The notes below the pieces were generated by a model that was not told the origin of the DNA, did not search any database, and saw nothing but the letters and a program-made list of their open reading frames with translations. Shown piece by piece: positions 36,464 to 46,538 of a stretch of DNA of 64,000 bases. Position 1 is the stretch's first letter, and every line of letters begins with the position of its first letter. The stretch is from the IMG/VR virus record IMGVR_UViG_3300047170_000049, positions 64,001-128,000 of that record. One strand, 5' to 3'. Both the position numbers and the translations under genes were made by a program. This stretch comes from a virus.

Positions 36464-38278
36464 ATGTATAAACAACACGTCAAGGCTAAAACAGCCGCAA
36501 AATCCATTACTTATGAAGGCTCACAACTCAAACACATCGTTCTAGACACTCTGCAAAGAGCTAGTAAGTTGGTTGGTTCAACACTTGGACCAAATGGAAA
36601 ACTCGTATTAATTGAAAGACAAGAAGACATGCCACCTTTCGTTACGAAAGATGGTATTACCGTTTTCAACTCCATGGCCTTCACTAATTCGACGGCCCAG
36701 GCCGTATTAGAAGCGGCACGCGATAGTAGTAGTAAAACGAATGTAGAGGCAGGAGATGGAACCACTACAGCTACTATCCTTGCCGCTGGCCTGATAAAAC
36801 ATGGTTTTGACTTCCTAGGGCAGAATCCTAGGCTTTCAACCCAGAAAGTAATGCGTGAGCTTGAGCAAGCCTACGAAGAGCTTATAGTGCCCTTCGTGCG
36901 CGATAATGCACTTAAGATTACTAACGAGAACTCACAAGACCTTTTAAAGAAGGTAGCCCTTATCTCAACCAATAATGACGCTGATATGGCCAAGGCCGTG
37001 ACCGATTGCTTCGCACAAGTAGGCCACAACGGTAACGTGACTATTGTTGAAGCTACTGGTTCTGGAGGCTTTGAAGTTGAGAAGATTGAAGGCTTACCTA
37101 TCGCCCGTGGGTTTGAAGACTCATGCGGTCGTTTCGTAGAAGAATTCATTAATGACCGTGGGCATTATCGAACGATGTTGGATAAACCTAAGTTCATTCT
37201 TTACAATGGTCGCTTAAATGACATAACTCCTTTAATTCCCGTATTAGATAAGATTGGTCAAGCAGCTTACCCTGTAGATGAAACTGGTCGTATTATCGTG
37301 GACGCTCAACGCTTTAATGAAAATATCGTATTAGTTGCACATGACTTTAGCGAACGCGTATTAGCCGTATTAGCTCAAAACTTCCGTAACCCTGGAACTA
37401 TTAATGTAGTTCCTCTAAAGACTCCAATGTCAATGCAGACTAATTCTCAGTCCCACTTCCTACAAGACGTGGCGGCTTTCGTAGGGGCTAAAGTGTTTGA
37501 CCCACTCTCTAACCCTTTAGAGAATGCACAACTTGCAGACCTTGGCTTAGAGACAATGCACTCATTTGAATTCAACCGTTATAAGTCAACCATCTTAGGT
37601 GACCCCGATGAGCTTCTAATCATTGCCCGTAGCGAAGAGCTTCAAATCCAATCTCAAAACGCAGCTTCTTCTATGGACAAGGAACTCTTCAATGAGCGTC
37701 AAGCCCTACTTACAGGTGGTATTGCCCGACTTAAAGTCATGGGCTCATCTGAAGCTGAACTTAAAGAGAAGCGTCACCGTGTGGAAGATGCAGTATGTGC
37801 AATCAAAGGTGCGCTTAAAGACGGTGTTCTCCCTGGATGTGCTAAGACCCTTATCTCTCTAAGACAACAAATCAAGGGTAGTGAATATTCTCCAGCGGTT
37901 AAGTACATCATGCGTAACGCATTCATTGAACCCTTCTATAGAATCTTTGCTAATGCAGAAATTCCAACTGAAGAGGTCCATGAGATTTTTAATGACGTTA
38001 TGAAAGACCAGCAATTCATGACCACCTACGATGCCCTCAATTCTAAAGTTGGAAATGCAATTGAACTAGGTATTATTGACTCAGCCTCAGCCGTATTATG
38101 CGCAATCAAAAATAGTCTATCGGTCGCTAAAATGTTAATGGGACTTAGCGGGATTGTGGTATTTAGTAGAGATATGGAAACTGAGATTGATAACGCCAAA
38201 ACTCTCACCGCTGAAGAGCGTGCAATCCAAGAAGCAGTTGCTCAACGCGAAAAAGAAGATTACGAACCGAGGTCATAA
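36464..38278 (+). CDS. groEL: chaperonin GroEL
   Basis: STLGPNG, TKDGITV, AGDGTTTAT, RVEDA...GVLPG. Confidence 0.92.
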   Translation: MYKQHVKAKTAAKSITYEGSQLKHIVLDTLQRASKLVGSTLGPNGKLVLIERQEDMPPFVTKDGITVFNSMAFTNSTAQAVLEAARDSSSKTNVEAGDGTTTATILAAGLIKHGFDFLGQNPRLSTQKVMRELEQAYEELIVPFVRDNALKITNENSQDLLKKVALISTNNDADMAKAVTDCFAQVGHNGNVTIVEATGSGGFEVEKIEGLPIARGFEDSCGRFVEEFINDRGHYRTMLDKPKFILYNGRLNDITPLIPVLDKIGQAAYPVDETGRIIVDAQRFNENIVLVAHDFSERVLAVLAQNFRNPGTINVVPLKTPMSMQTNSQSHFLQDVAAFVGAKVFDPLSNPLENAQLADLGLETMHSFEFNRYKSTILGDPDELLIIARSEELQIQSQNAASSMDKELFNERQALLTGGIARLKVMGSSEAELKEKRHRVEDAVCAIKGALKDGVLPGCAKTLISLRQQIKGSEYSPAVKYIMRNAFIEPFYRIFANAEIPTEEVHEIFNDVMKDQQFMTTYDALNSKVGNAIELGIIDSASAVLCAIKNSLSVAKMLMGLSGIVVFSRDMETEIDNAKTLTAEERAIQEAVAQREKEDYEPRS

Positions 38279-38454
38279 TGGACGATACGTTTTTATTCTA
38301 TTTAACCTTAATAAATTTGCAAGTGTGGCTCACTTATAAACCACACCTATCATTTAATGTTAATGGTGATTTTCATTGGATATTGCTATCCGTGGGTTGG
38401 TTTGGCTTTGCAATTAGAAAGCCTTCACCCCTTAGAAAGGATATTCAGTGTTAG
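38278..38454 (+). CDS. small hydrophobic protein (MDDTFLFYL...)
   Basis: Manually translated 58 aa ORF; TAATG overlap with groEL. Confidence 0.45.
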   Translation: MDDTFLFYLTLINLQVWLTYKPHLSFNVNGDFHWILLSVGWFGFAIRKPSPLRKDIQC

Positions 38455-38735
38455 TTCTCTATAAATGTAACTTGTGCGGTAATACGACGAAGAAACTTTA
38501 CAAGACTGGTCAACCACAGCCTGGTTTCTTAATTTGTCATTGCTCAGGCGTTCTCGAAAAAGCCCTGCCTAATGTTAATACGTCCAGTGTGGAAATCTAC
38601 GATAACGGTCTTATGGCTAAGAAAGTCGAACTTCGTAAAGATGCCGCTGAACGTATGAAAGAACGTGGCGACATTCACATCAAAACTATGGATGAAAGAG
38701 AAACGGTAATAAAAAAACATGATACTCAAGATTAA
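38448..38735 (+). CDS. zinc-ribbon protein
   Basis: YKCNLCG...CHCSG. Confidence 0.65.
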   Translation: MLVLYKCNLCGNTTKKLYKTGQPQPGFLICHCSGVLEKALPNVNTSSVEIYDNGLMAKKVELRKDAAERMKERGDIHIKTMDERETVIKKHDTQD

Positions 38736-40539
38736 ATCAGTAGGGATTTCTAGTTTCAGAGACATTGCTGATGACCAAAAAGTAACATTCACTGACTCTG
38801 GTATTTACTCTATTACGGGTGAAAACTTAGATGACGGTGGGTCTAATGGTACAGGCAAGACTTCTTTTGTAATGGCAATCATTGCTGGCTTTCTTGGCTC
38901 TAAAGCCACGGGTGTTAGCGCAAAAGAACTAAAGAATCGCCATACAGATTCTAAACCAGTCATTGACCTTGAGTTTGAAGTTGACCATCAACCCCACAGT
39001 ATTAAACGAACCATTGGTGGTAAAGTAATACTGGATGGAGTGGAAGGTTCTGCCGATGATGTTCAAGACAAAATCAACAACCTATTAAAGCTTACCCCAG
39101 AACAATTCAAAGCCTTGTCCTTCAAAGAGCAAGGCGATGCTGGTGGCTTCCTACTCTTAAGCGATGGCGAAAAGAAAGAATTCCTAAGCTCATTCTTTAA
39201 CCTGGATGAAATCAATGCAGCCAATGAAACTATCTCTAAAGAGTTTAATCTGGCAGAGCAAAAGCTTACGGGCTCAACCGTTAGCATTACCAATCGTGAA
39301 CACTTACTTGAATCATCTCGCGCAGAGGTTACGCGCACACAAGATAAGCTTAATTCAATTCACGACCTGGACCAACAAATCCTATCCAACCGCATTGAGC
39401 GCGTAGAACTAATACGCAAAAATGAAGACTTAGCAAAGTTACTAGAGGGTGGGATTAGCCCTTCTATTGGAATCATCAATGCTGAACTAGTGAAAATAAA
39501 GCAAGCCGTAATCAATGCTGAAGCAGAGCTTGCTAAAAATGCAAAGATTGATTCTGAGTTGCATATCATCAATGAAAAAACCAAGAGTCTTAATAAGCAA
39601 ATAGCTACCGTCCACGCACACCGTTGCACGACTTGCGACCAAGAAATTAATGCTGAAAAAACTGCTTCTCTAATGAAATCACTCCAACTAGAACTGGGCA
39701 ACAACATCACGGCTTTCCAAGCATTGAAGGCCAAGCGTATAGACGAGCAAAGCATTAAACAAAGCATATTGGCTTTAAAGGCTATACAAGAAAAACATAA
39801 CAACAACTTAATGGAAGAGCGTCTCAAGAACGATAAGACCTGTGTCAAACAAGCTATTGCTACGAACGAAAAACTAATACAGAATTTAGATACTATGATT
39901 GCTTCAGCTAAACGCGAGCAAGAACATGCCAAGGCTGACTTTGACCGCGCCACCAAATCTTTAGAGCATAACCAAAATGAGCTTGCGCGATTAAAGGCTG
40001 AGAATGAAAAGATGCAATCGGACATTAAGGTATTAGAATCTCTCGACAAGGTTCTTTCTAAGAACGGCTTCGTGGGCTATATCTTTGACACCGTATTAGA
40101 AGAACTCAATTACGAGACTAATGCAAACCTTTCCAATATACCCAATGCCTCTAAGTTCACTCTGCAATTCCACTCTGACAAGATTGCTAAGTCCACAGGT
40201 AACGTCACAAAGAACATTACTTTCAAGCTCTTCTCTAATGGCGATGAGGTTTCAATTGACTCCCTATCTGGTGGTGAGAAGCGTAGCTTAATCATAGCCG
40301 TAGATGAAGCCCTGGACTCCGTATTAAGTAAACGCACCGGTACGGTGTTGAATTGGAAGTTCCTGGACGAACCCTTTGACTCTATTGATATTAATTCCAA
40401 AGAAGCCCTTCTAGAATTCTACAAGGGTAAGTCACACGATAGGCTCTATTTCATCATAGACCACACCTCTGAACTTAATGCGGGGCTCGATAACAGCATT
40501 AAACTAACAAAGAAAAACGGGATAGCACACATATCATGA
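38719..40539 (+). CDS. SbcC/Rad50-like ATPase (T4 gp46-like)
   Basis: GSNGTGKTS; Zn hook CTTC; LSGGEK; LDEPFD; coiled coils. Confidence 0.9.
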   Translation: MILKIKSVGISSFRDIADDQKVTFTDSGIYSITGENLDDGGSNGTGKTSFVMAIIAGFLGSKATGVSAKELKNRHTDSKPVIDLEFEVDHQPHSIKRTIGGKVILDGVEGSADDVQDKINNLLKLTPEQFKALSFKEQGDAGGFLLLSDGEKKEFLSSFFNLDEINAANETISKEFNLAEQKLTGSTVSITNREHLLESSRAEVTRTQDKLNSIHDLDQQILSNRIERVELIRKNEDLAKLLEGGISPSIGIINAELVKIKQAVINAEAELAKNAKIDSELHIINEKTKSLNKQIATVHAHRCTTCDQEINAEKTASLMKSLQLELGNNITAFQALKAKRIDEQSIKQSILALKAIQEKHNNNLMEERLKNDKTCVKQAIATNEKLIQNLDTMIASAKREQEHAKADFDRATKSLEHNQNELARLKAENEKMQSDIKVLESLDKVLSKNGFVGYIFDTVLEELNYETNANLSNIPNASKFTLQFHSDKIAKSTGNVTKNITFKLFSNGDEVSIDSLSGGEKRSLIIAVDEALDSVLSKRTGTVLNWKFLDEPFDSIDINSKEALLEFYKGKSHDRLYFIIDHTSELNAGLDNSIKLTKKNGIAHIS

Positions 40540-40898
40540 TAACAACAAACGAAGACGTATGGGACTCCCTAACAGATGAAACTGAAGTATTCATTCCAAT
40601 CCACAAGTCACAAGAAAACGGTGAGCCAAAGGTTGTGCTGTTGGTAGACAATACTAATACGCAAAACGTTGGCGAGGTACGTGTATTCTTAACGGATGAG
40701 GAAATGAAGAACTACTTAGCTCAAACAAATAAGAAAGAAGTGGCGTATGTGCGCTACTCAATTTTAAAACTTAATAAAAGTATGAACGTATTATTAAGTA
40801 AAAAGGCAGATTTGAGATTAAATGTGGTATTATACACATTGGATATTACTAAAAAGCTCTACCCCGTAGAGACTCTTTGGACATACTTAAGCATTTAA
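40536..40898 (+). CDS. hypothetical protein
   Basis: ATGA overlap. Confidence 0.65.
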   Translation: MITTNEDVWDSLTDETEVFIPIHKSQENGEPKVVLLVDNTNTQNVGEVRVFLTDEEMKNYLAQTNKKEVAYVRYSILKLNKSMNVLLSKKADLRLNVVLYTLDITKKLYPVETLWTYLSI

Positions 40899-40908
40899 GG
40901 AGAATAAA

Positions 40909-41187
40909 ATGGCTGGTAAAACAAAACGCGAAAAAATGGAATCTAAGTTTGACGATACGTTTATTAGCGAGACTCGTGGTAAAACGGACTCCCAACTAAA
41001 CGAAGCTCTTCTTAATTACATGAAGGCTATCAAAGAGAATGAAGATACCAAAAAGGCTGATGAAACCTTAGCCGCTCTTAAGGAACAGCTTGGTGACCTC
41101 AATGGTGGATACCGCGATGCAAAGAAAGCTATCACAGATAAGATGGACTACATCTTTGAACTGAAAAAAGAACGAGGCACGTTCTAA
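40909..41187 (+). CDS. small coiled-coil protein
   Basis: AAGGAG RBS. Confidence 0.7.
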   Translation: MAGKTKREKMESKFDDTFISETRGKTDSQLNEALLNYMKAIKENEDTKKADETLAALKEQLGDLNGGYRDAKKAITDKMDYIFELKKERGTF

Positions 41188-41188
41188 T

Positions 41189-42076
41189 ATGTTAAAAGCA
41201 ATACGATTACTATTGCTTTCCTTGAGCCTCATCAGTGTTGCACATGGAAGTGATTTTGACTTTGCGAAGATTAAGCAATCTGTCTTTAACGTGGCGGTAC
41301 TTAGGAAGTCTGGGGTTTTTGTTAACCCTCGCACGCAAGAGTTTATACCAATGATGCGTGCTACGGCATTCTTTGTTAACACTCCTACTGGCACAGTTGG
41401 GGTTACTAATAATCACGTTTGTCGTGACTTACACAAAGGTATTCCATCTATCATTCTTAATGAAGATGGGGTTGTAAAATCTTTGTCAGACCTCGATATA
41501 ATCACCGATGTCTATATGGAACCTGGTAAAGACATTTGTATTTTTAAGACCAAGCTTCCCCACCCTGGACTTAACCTAGGGAAAGTAGACCCCAAACGTT
41601 ACGACCATGTTACCATCACTGGATTTGATGGTGAAATCCAGATGATGATTTCTGAAGGTTACATCTATGGGACGGCAGTTGAGCGTTACTTCAATCACTT
41701 TGATAAGTGCGCTGAAAGCAAGTTTGCACCATTTAGTCCAAATTGGTTTATTTGCGAAGATTATACGGTCATTCCAATCTACACTGAAACTAAGCAGTTA
41801 AAGTCAACCGCTAGAGTTTCACCAGGATGGTCTGGGTCGCCAGTGCTGAATGCCAATTCTGAAGTTGTGGCCATAGTAAACGCATACGATATTCCAACGG
41901 AGCAAGACAATAAAGAAGAGTCTTACCTACACTCCGTATCTGAGATTCAACATGCTATCGCCAACGCTCAATTTATACCCTTCAATGACAAGTCGATTCT
42001 ACAAGAAGTTGAAGTTACGGAAGAGTATGAAGAAATCTTTGGCGACCTAGGAGTGCCTGCGCACTTTCTCCAATGA
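41189..42076 (+). CDS. secreted trypsin-like (S1) serine protease
   Basis: Signal peptide; TNNHVC (His), KDICI (Asp), PGWSGSPV (Ser). Confidence 0.8.
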   Translation: MLKAIRLLLLSLSLISVAHGSDFDFAKIKQSVFNVAVLRKSGVFVNPRTQEFIPMMRATAFFVNTPTGTVGVTNNHVCRDLHKGIPSIILNEDGVVKSLSDLDIITDVYMEPGKDICIFKTKLPHPGLNLGKVDPKRYDHVTITGFDGEIQMMISEGYIYGTAVERYFNHFDKCAESKFAPFSPNWFICEDYTVIPIYTETKQLKSTARVSPGWSGSPVLNANSEVVAIVNAYDIPTEQDNKEESYLHSVSEIQHAIANAQFIPFNDKSILQEVEVTEEYEEIFGDLGVPAHFLQ

Positions 42077-42657
42077 AAATACTTGCATTAGACATTTCAA
42101 GTAAAACTGGATGGGCTATTTTCGACAATAATAAGTTAGTTGAATATGGCCTTATTCGCGTAACTCTAATAAATTTTAATGTTAACGAAGAGCCTAATAA
42201 ACAACCCGAGTACCCATATAATCTTTTAAAAGCTGCAGATGAAATGGCAGCCCATTTAGGCAATTTAATTCACAAACATAACCCCGATGCAATCGTCATT
42301 GAGAACACAGTGAAGGGTCGCAACAGGCACACACAGCGTCTACTAGAGTGGCTTCATAAGTCAACCATAGAGCAGCTTATTGCACATAAACGAACATTTA
42401 CCTATCTGGACCCTAGCGAATGGCGTGGAATCCTTGAAATTCGCATGTCAAAAGAAGATAAGAAGAATAATGCTTTAGTGAATAAAGGCAAGAAACGTGG
42501 TAAGATTACTAAGAAGCACTTAAGCGTTCGATTTGCCAATACCACCTTTGGATTAAAACTTTTAATGAAAGACAATGATATTGCAGATGCCATATCACTG
42601 GGTCTGGCATTCTACGAAAAAACACATATCATGGGGAAAGACAATGGACAATCTTAA
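42073..42657 (+). CDS. RuvC-like Holliday junction resolvase
   Basis: ILALDISSKTGWA, IVIE, PSEWR, DIADAI. Confidence 0.8.
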   Translation: MKILALDISSKTGWAIFDNNKLVEYGLIRVTLINFNVNEEPNKQPEYPYNLLKAADEMAAHLGNLIHKHNPDAIVIENTVKGRNRHTQRLLEWLHKSTIEQLIAHKRTFTYLDPSEWRGILEIRMSKEDKKNNALVNKGKKRGKITKKHLSVRFANTTFGLKLLMKDNDIADAISLGLAFYEKTHIMGKDNGQS

Positions 42658-43120
42658 AAATTTATTTCATTCACTAGAAATCAAGGTAAAGAAATTAGAC
42701 CCCAAGGCTGTAATCCCTAAGTATGCGAAAGATGGTGATGCTGGCCTAGACCTAACCGCCATCTCCAAATCATTTGAGCGCCATAAAGACGGTAGTAGAA
42801 TTATAACCTACGGTACAGGGCTAGCCATTGAAATCCCCAAGGGTTACGTTGGGTTAATCTTCCCCCGTAGCTCCATTTCTAAGACCTGCCTTAATCTCAC
42901 TAATTCCGTAGGGGTTATTGATTCAGGCTATCGTGGCGAAATCATGGCTAAATTTAGAATTGATAGTGCAGACCGTGCTACCGCTGGTAGTTCTTATAAG
43001 GAAGGTGAGCGCATCATGCAATTGATTGTAATGCCTTACCCACAGGTAACCTTAGTAGAAGCCGATGAACTTTCTGACACTGAACGTGGCGAAGGTGGAT
43101 TCGGGTCTAGCGGAAAATAA
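42644..43120 (+). CDS. dut: dUTPase (trimeric)
   Basis: AGLDL, PRSS, GVIDSGYRGEI, RGEGGFGSSG. Confidence 0.95.
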   Translation: MDNLKNLFHSLEIKVKKLDPKAVIPKYAKDGDAGLDLTAISKSFERHKDGSRIITYGTGLAIEIPKGYVGLIFPRSSISKTCLNLTNSVGVIDSGYRGEIMAKFRIDSADRATAGSSYKEGERIMQLIVMPYPQVTLVEADELSDTERGEGGFGSSGK

Positions 43121-43128
43121 TTTAGACG

Positions 43129-43153
43129 ATTTTAGAAAATAAGTGATATAGAG
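43129..43153 (+). promoter_or_regulatory. putative middle promoter
   Basis: ATTTTAGAAAATAAGTGATATAGAG. Confidence 0.55.
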
Positions 43154-43170
43154 TCCTTAAGGAGTTGACT

Positions 43171-43944
43171 ATGAGTTTTGATGAATCAGAATATGCAACA
43201 GATGAAGTCTTAAATGACTTGAACGAAGAAGAGGGTAGTTCCACGCAAGGTACTATTAACGAAGCCTTGAAGCGTGTTGAGGAAGCCAATCTTCTAATGT
43301 TGCTTGTTAATAAAGATATTTTCAGTGAAGGCTCTGCCCGTGCAGAGATTCTTGAATCAGTTCAAAGTAGGCTTAAAGCATGGGCAATCTCAGAGATTGA
43401 AACTTTGCTCAATCTTGCACAATCACAACCCAAAGCAGTAGCTGAAGTTTACAAGTCACCTTTTGACTCAGAAGAAACCACCGCTCTTAAGTTGTTGGCA
43501 AATCGCGTACTAAAACGTGACACTACAGCTATTACAGTGGCAGCAAAAGAACCTGAGATTAAACCTATTACAGTGCCCCAAGCTACATTAAGAACTCCTT
43601 CAGTGTCCAAGGTTCAAGCTCCTAAAAAGGCTGCGCCTGCAGCACCTAAGAAGGTTGAATCAAAAGGTGTTCAAGCTAAGAAGGGCGTACCTGCAGGTGG
43701 CCCTAAACCAATTCCAATGGCGACAGTAGCACAAGCCATGGATATTGCATCTAAGACTGCAGGTGCATCAGGTGCGCAAATCGGCGCAATCATGACGGCA
43801 GTTCAACCCAATGAAAGCGTCGCAATGGCGACAAAAAAAAGTAATTTAATTGCTGCAGCTATCGCCCAGATGACGGGTGGAAATCAAGTTGCAGTTTTGG
43901 CAGATACCCCTTCAGATTCAGGAGATATAAATGAGCGATTCTAA
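43171..43944 (+). CDS. hypothetical protein with Ala/Lys/Pro-rich region
   Basis: AAGGAG RBS before ATG 43171. Confidence 0.7.
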   Translation: MSFDESEYATDEVLNDLNEEEGSSTQGTINEALKRVEEANLLMLLVNKDIFSEGSARAEILESVQSRLKAWAISEIETLLNLAQSQPKAVAEVYKSPFDSEETTALKLLANRVLKRDTTAITVAAKEPEIKPITVPQATLRTPSVSKVQAPKKAAPAAPKKVESKGVQAKKGVPAGGPKPIPMATVAQAMDIASKTAGASGAQIGAIMTAVQPNESVAMATKKSNLIAAAIAQMTGGNQVAVLADTPSDSGDINERF

Positions 43945-44548
43945 TGACACCCCAGTAGTACCTACCCCTGCACCAGTGGACCCAACTCCAGCGCCTGTGG
44001 CACCAGTTGCTCCACCAGCGCCAGCGCCTGCAAAGACGTATATGGAGCGTTTGCTTGAGATGGAGATGGCACTCAAACAACACGTTGTGCAAATTACTCA
44101 ACAGAATGGACTTATAAAGTATTTGTCCAATCTCTCGGCTCAATTGGTAGAAGAAATTACCAACTTGAACGACCAACTAAATGCCCTGTATGACCTGCAC
44201 GAAGCTAAACAAGAGATTAGCCGTACTGCAATCAATGCGAATCTCACCAAGAAGATTGAAGATTCTATGCGTAAGATTATCTCTGACCGCGTAGCAAATG
44301 GAGCACTCACAAAGATTGATGCAGTAGCTTCACTTGAAGACCTCTTCACCTACTCTAGCCCTGAAGTCCCTTACGCTTTCCGTTTGGTTCGCGTTCTAGA
44401 AGCTGACCAACAAAAAGATGTTGTTGGTAAAAAAGAAGGCGACTTAATTGGTAACATGAAGATTTTGGAAGTTTACAGACTGAATAAAAAAGATGCAGCA
44501 CCTGTAGACCCCAAAGCGCCTAAGACGGACGCCCCTACTTCAAACTAA
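43931..44548 (+). CDS. hypothetical protein, Pro-rich N-terminus and coiled coil
   Basis: AGGAG RBS. Confidence 0.7.
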   Translation: MSDSNDTPVVPTPAPVDPTPAPVAPVAPPAPAPAKTYMERLLEMEMALKQHVVQITQQNGLIKYLSNLSAQLVEEITNLNDQLNALYDLHEAKQEISRTAINANLTKKIEDSMRKIISDRVANGALTKIDAVASLEDLFTYSSPEVPYAFRLVRVLEADQQKDVVGKKEGDLIGNMKILEVYRLNKKDAAPVDPKAPKTDAPTSN

Positions 44549-44559
44549 AGGACTGATGA

Positions 44560-45831
44560 ATGTCTACTAAGAAGAAAAAAGCAAAACCAGTTATTAAGAC
44601 TGATTTAATTGCTCAAGATATTTCTAACGTTGCAGAAGATTTAGGTTGTGAGCCTTGGGAATTAACTAAGGCTCAATACCGCAAAAACGGCGGCACAGTC
44701 TCAGAGTGGGACTTGAAATCACATGGTGGCTTCTCTGGTATTCAAAAAGCTTACTTTGAGCACGATGAACCCAAAGACTATGCCTCCATTGAAGACCTTA
44801 AAGATGTTCGTAAGAAGTATCTTAAGCTTCTTAAAGACTTTGGCTCAGAAGAACGCTTCTTGGCTAAACTCAAAGATGCTATTAGTGAAGTACCAAAGGT
44901 TGATGTTATACCTTACAAACCCAAGAAGAATAAGCCTGTTAAGCGTTTCCTAAACCTAGTGCTTTCAGACTTACACATTGGTGGTGACATTGACCCTAAA
45001 GAGACTGGCAACAGCTTCTCTAAGAACGATGAAGCCCGATGTCTAGCAGCCGTAGTTAAGAACGTAATTGAATACAAGCTTGACCACCGCGATGAGACTG
45101 AGCTTAACGTGATGATTCTAGGCGATGTCATTGAGAATGAAATGCACGAAAGAACTTCTGCAGACCTCATTCACATGCAAGTATGCCGTGCAATGTACCT
45201 ATTAAACCAAGTGATTGCTCAGTTTTCGGCCAACTTTAAGAAGGTTCATGTTTGGTTCGCCGTAGGTAATCATGGTCGTGACTCAGGTATTAACAAAGGC
45301 CGTGCAGTTGCTCTTAAGTACAACTCACTTGAGACTGACATTTACTATGCACTTCGTTTAGCTGGTCAGCACTTGGCTAACGTAGAATTCCACCAACCTA
45401 AGACCCCATGGTGCGAAATCAATGTTTTTGGTCATAAGTTCTATGCCACTCACGGAGATACGCACTTTAATGTTGGTAACGTAGGCTCTAAACTAGATGT
45501 TAAGTCCATTGAGGTTCAAGTTGACCGAATCAACGCCTCGCTTAAAGACAAGAATGAGTACAGCGTATTCATCTGCGGTCACGTTCACTCTGCAGTACAT
45601 ACCGCCCTAAACAATGGTGCGTACTTGATTGTTAACGGAGCACTTACCCCACCTAACGGTTTTGCAAATACCATTGGAATTATGGAGAACCCTCAAATCC
45701 AAATGATGTGGGAATCTACAGAATCCAAAGCTGTGGGCGACGTGCGAATGATTACTGTCAATGGCGCTAACAAAAATCCAGAATTGGAAAAGATTATCAA
45801 ACCTTTCGTGGATTTAGATACGGACCTTTAA
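44560..45831 (+). CDS. calcineurin-like metallophosphoesterase with N-terminal extension
   Basis: SDLHIG, LGDVIE, VGNHG, THGD, CGHVH. Confidence 0.85.
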   Translation: MSTKKKKAKPVIKTDLIAQDISNVAEDLGCEPWELTKAQYRKNGGTVSEWDLKSHGGFSGIQKAYFEHDEPKDYASIEDLKDVRKKYLKLLKDFGSEERFLAKLKDAISEVPKVDVIPYKPKKNKPVKRFLNLVLSDLHIGGDIDPKETGNSFSKNDEARCLAAVVKNVIEYKLDHRDETELNVMILGDVIENEMHERTSADLIHMQVCRAMYLLNQVIAQFSANFKKVHVWFAVGNHGRDSGINKGRAVALKYNSLETDIYYALRLAGQHLANVEFHQPKTPWCEINVFGHKFYATHGDTHFNVGNVGSKLDVKSIEVQVDRINASLKDKNEYSVFICGHVHSAVHTALNNGAYLIVNGALTPPNGFANTIGIMENPQIQMMWESTESKAVGDVRMITVNGANKNPELEKIIKPFVDLDTDL

Positions 45832-45832
45832 A

Positions 45833-46162
45833 ATGAGCAAACATACCCAGCCTAGAAACAGGGGTGGGGATTCTTCCAATGAAGAAAATCTCCGTGGGAA
45901 GTACAGAGAAGCTAAGAAAGAAATTAAACAGCTTCACGCTTACGTTAAGTATTTAGAGAAAAAGTTGCGTGCCCTGGAAGGCATCAACCTGAATGAAGAT
46001 ACCAAGGATGATGTGGATAACACGGAAGAAATGGATAAGGCACGATGCCGTAAGTGTAAATCTACCAATGTAACCGTTTTAAGCATCCCTCGTAGGAGTG
46101 ATACCTTAAACATAACCATATGTGAAGATTGTGGCGACAGAGACAGTGTTAAAGAGAAATAA
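45833..46162 (+). CDS. coiled-coil plus zinc-ribbon protein
   Basis: CRKC...CEDC. Confidence 0.65.
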   Translation: MSKHTQPRNRGGDSSNEENLRGKYREAKKEIKQLHAYVKYLEKKLRALEGINLNEDTKDDVDNTEEMDKARCRKCKSTNVTVLSIPRRSDTLNITICEDCGDRDSVKEK

Positions 46163-46166
46163 TTTT

Positions 46167-46538
46167 ATGAAAGCAGATGGCACTGAATCTTCACTCAATC
46201 GGGCAAAAAGATTAATTAAAGAAATTGAACTTAAAATTAGTAAGATTTCCAAAGACCTTAGCGATGAGACTGACATACAAAACTTAATCAATGAGAAAAT
46301 AACTGAACTTAAAGAATGTGTAGATAACCTAAAGAGCGGTAAGACTGCAGTTTCATTCACTGAATTTCATATAATTAAAGAAGAGATTGTTTCATTTCAA
46401 GACTTAAATTCCAAAAAAACTGAAGCTATTAAGAACCTCAACATCTTGTTGACAACACAAAAAGAGGAATTAGCTAAACTACAAATGGAACTTAAGGCTC
46501 TTCAGAAGAGCGGTGTAGTAATAGCTTTTAAGAAATGA
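46167..46538 (+). CDS. coiled-coil hypothetical protein
   Basis: Heptad pattern; ATG 46167. Confidence 0.65.
   Translation: MKADGTESSLNRAKRLIKEIELKISKISKDLSDETDIQNLINEKITELKECVDNLKSGKTAVSFTEFHIIKEEIVSFQDLNSKKTEAIKNLNILLTTQKEELAKLQMELKALQKSGVVIAFKK

Noticed and set aside
39360-40049. Long antisense ORFs (39360..40049, 58600..59247, 35543..35959, 47180..47596 and others)
   Set aside because: Shadow frames of well-supported genes on the opposite strand, with no RBS or motifs
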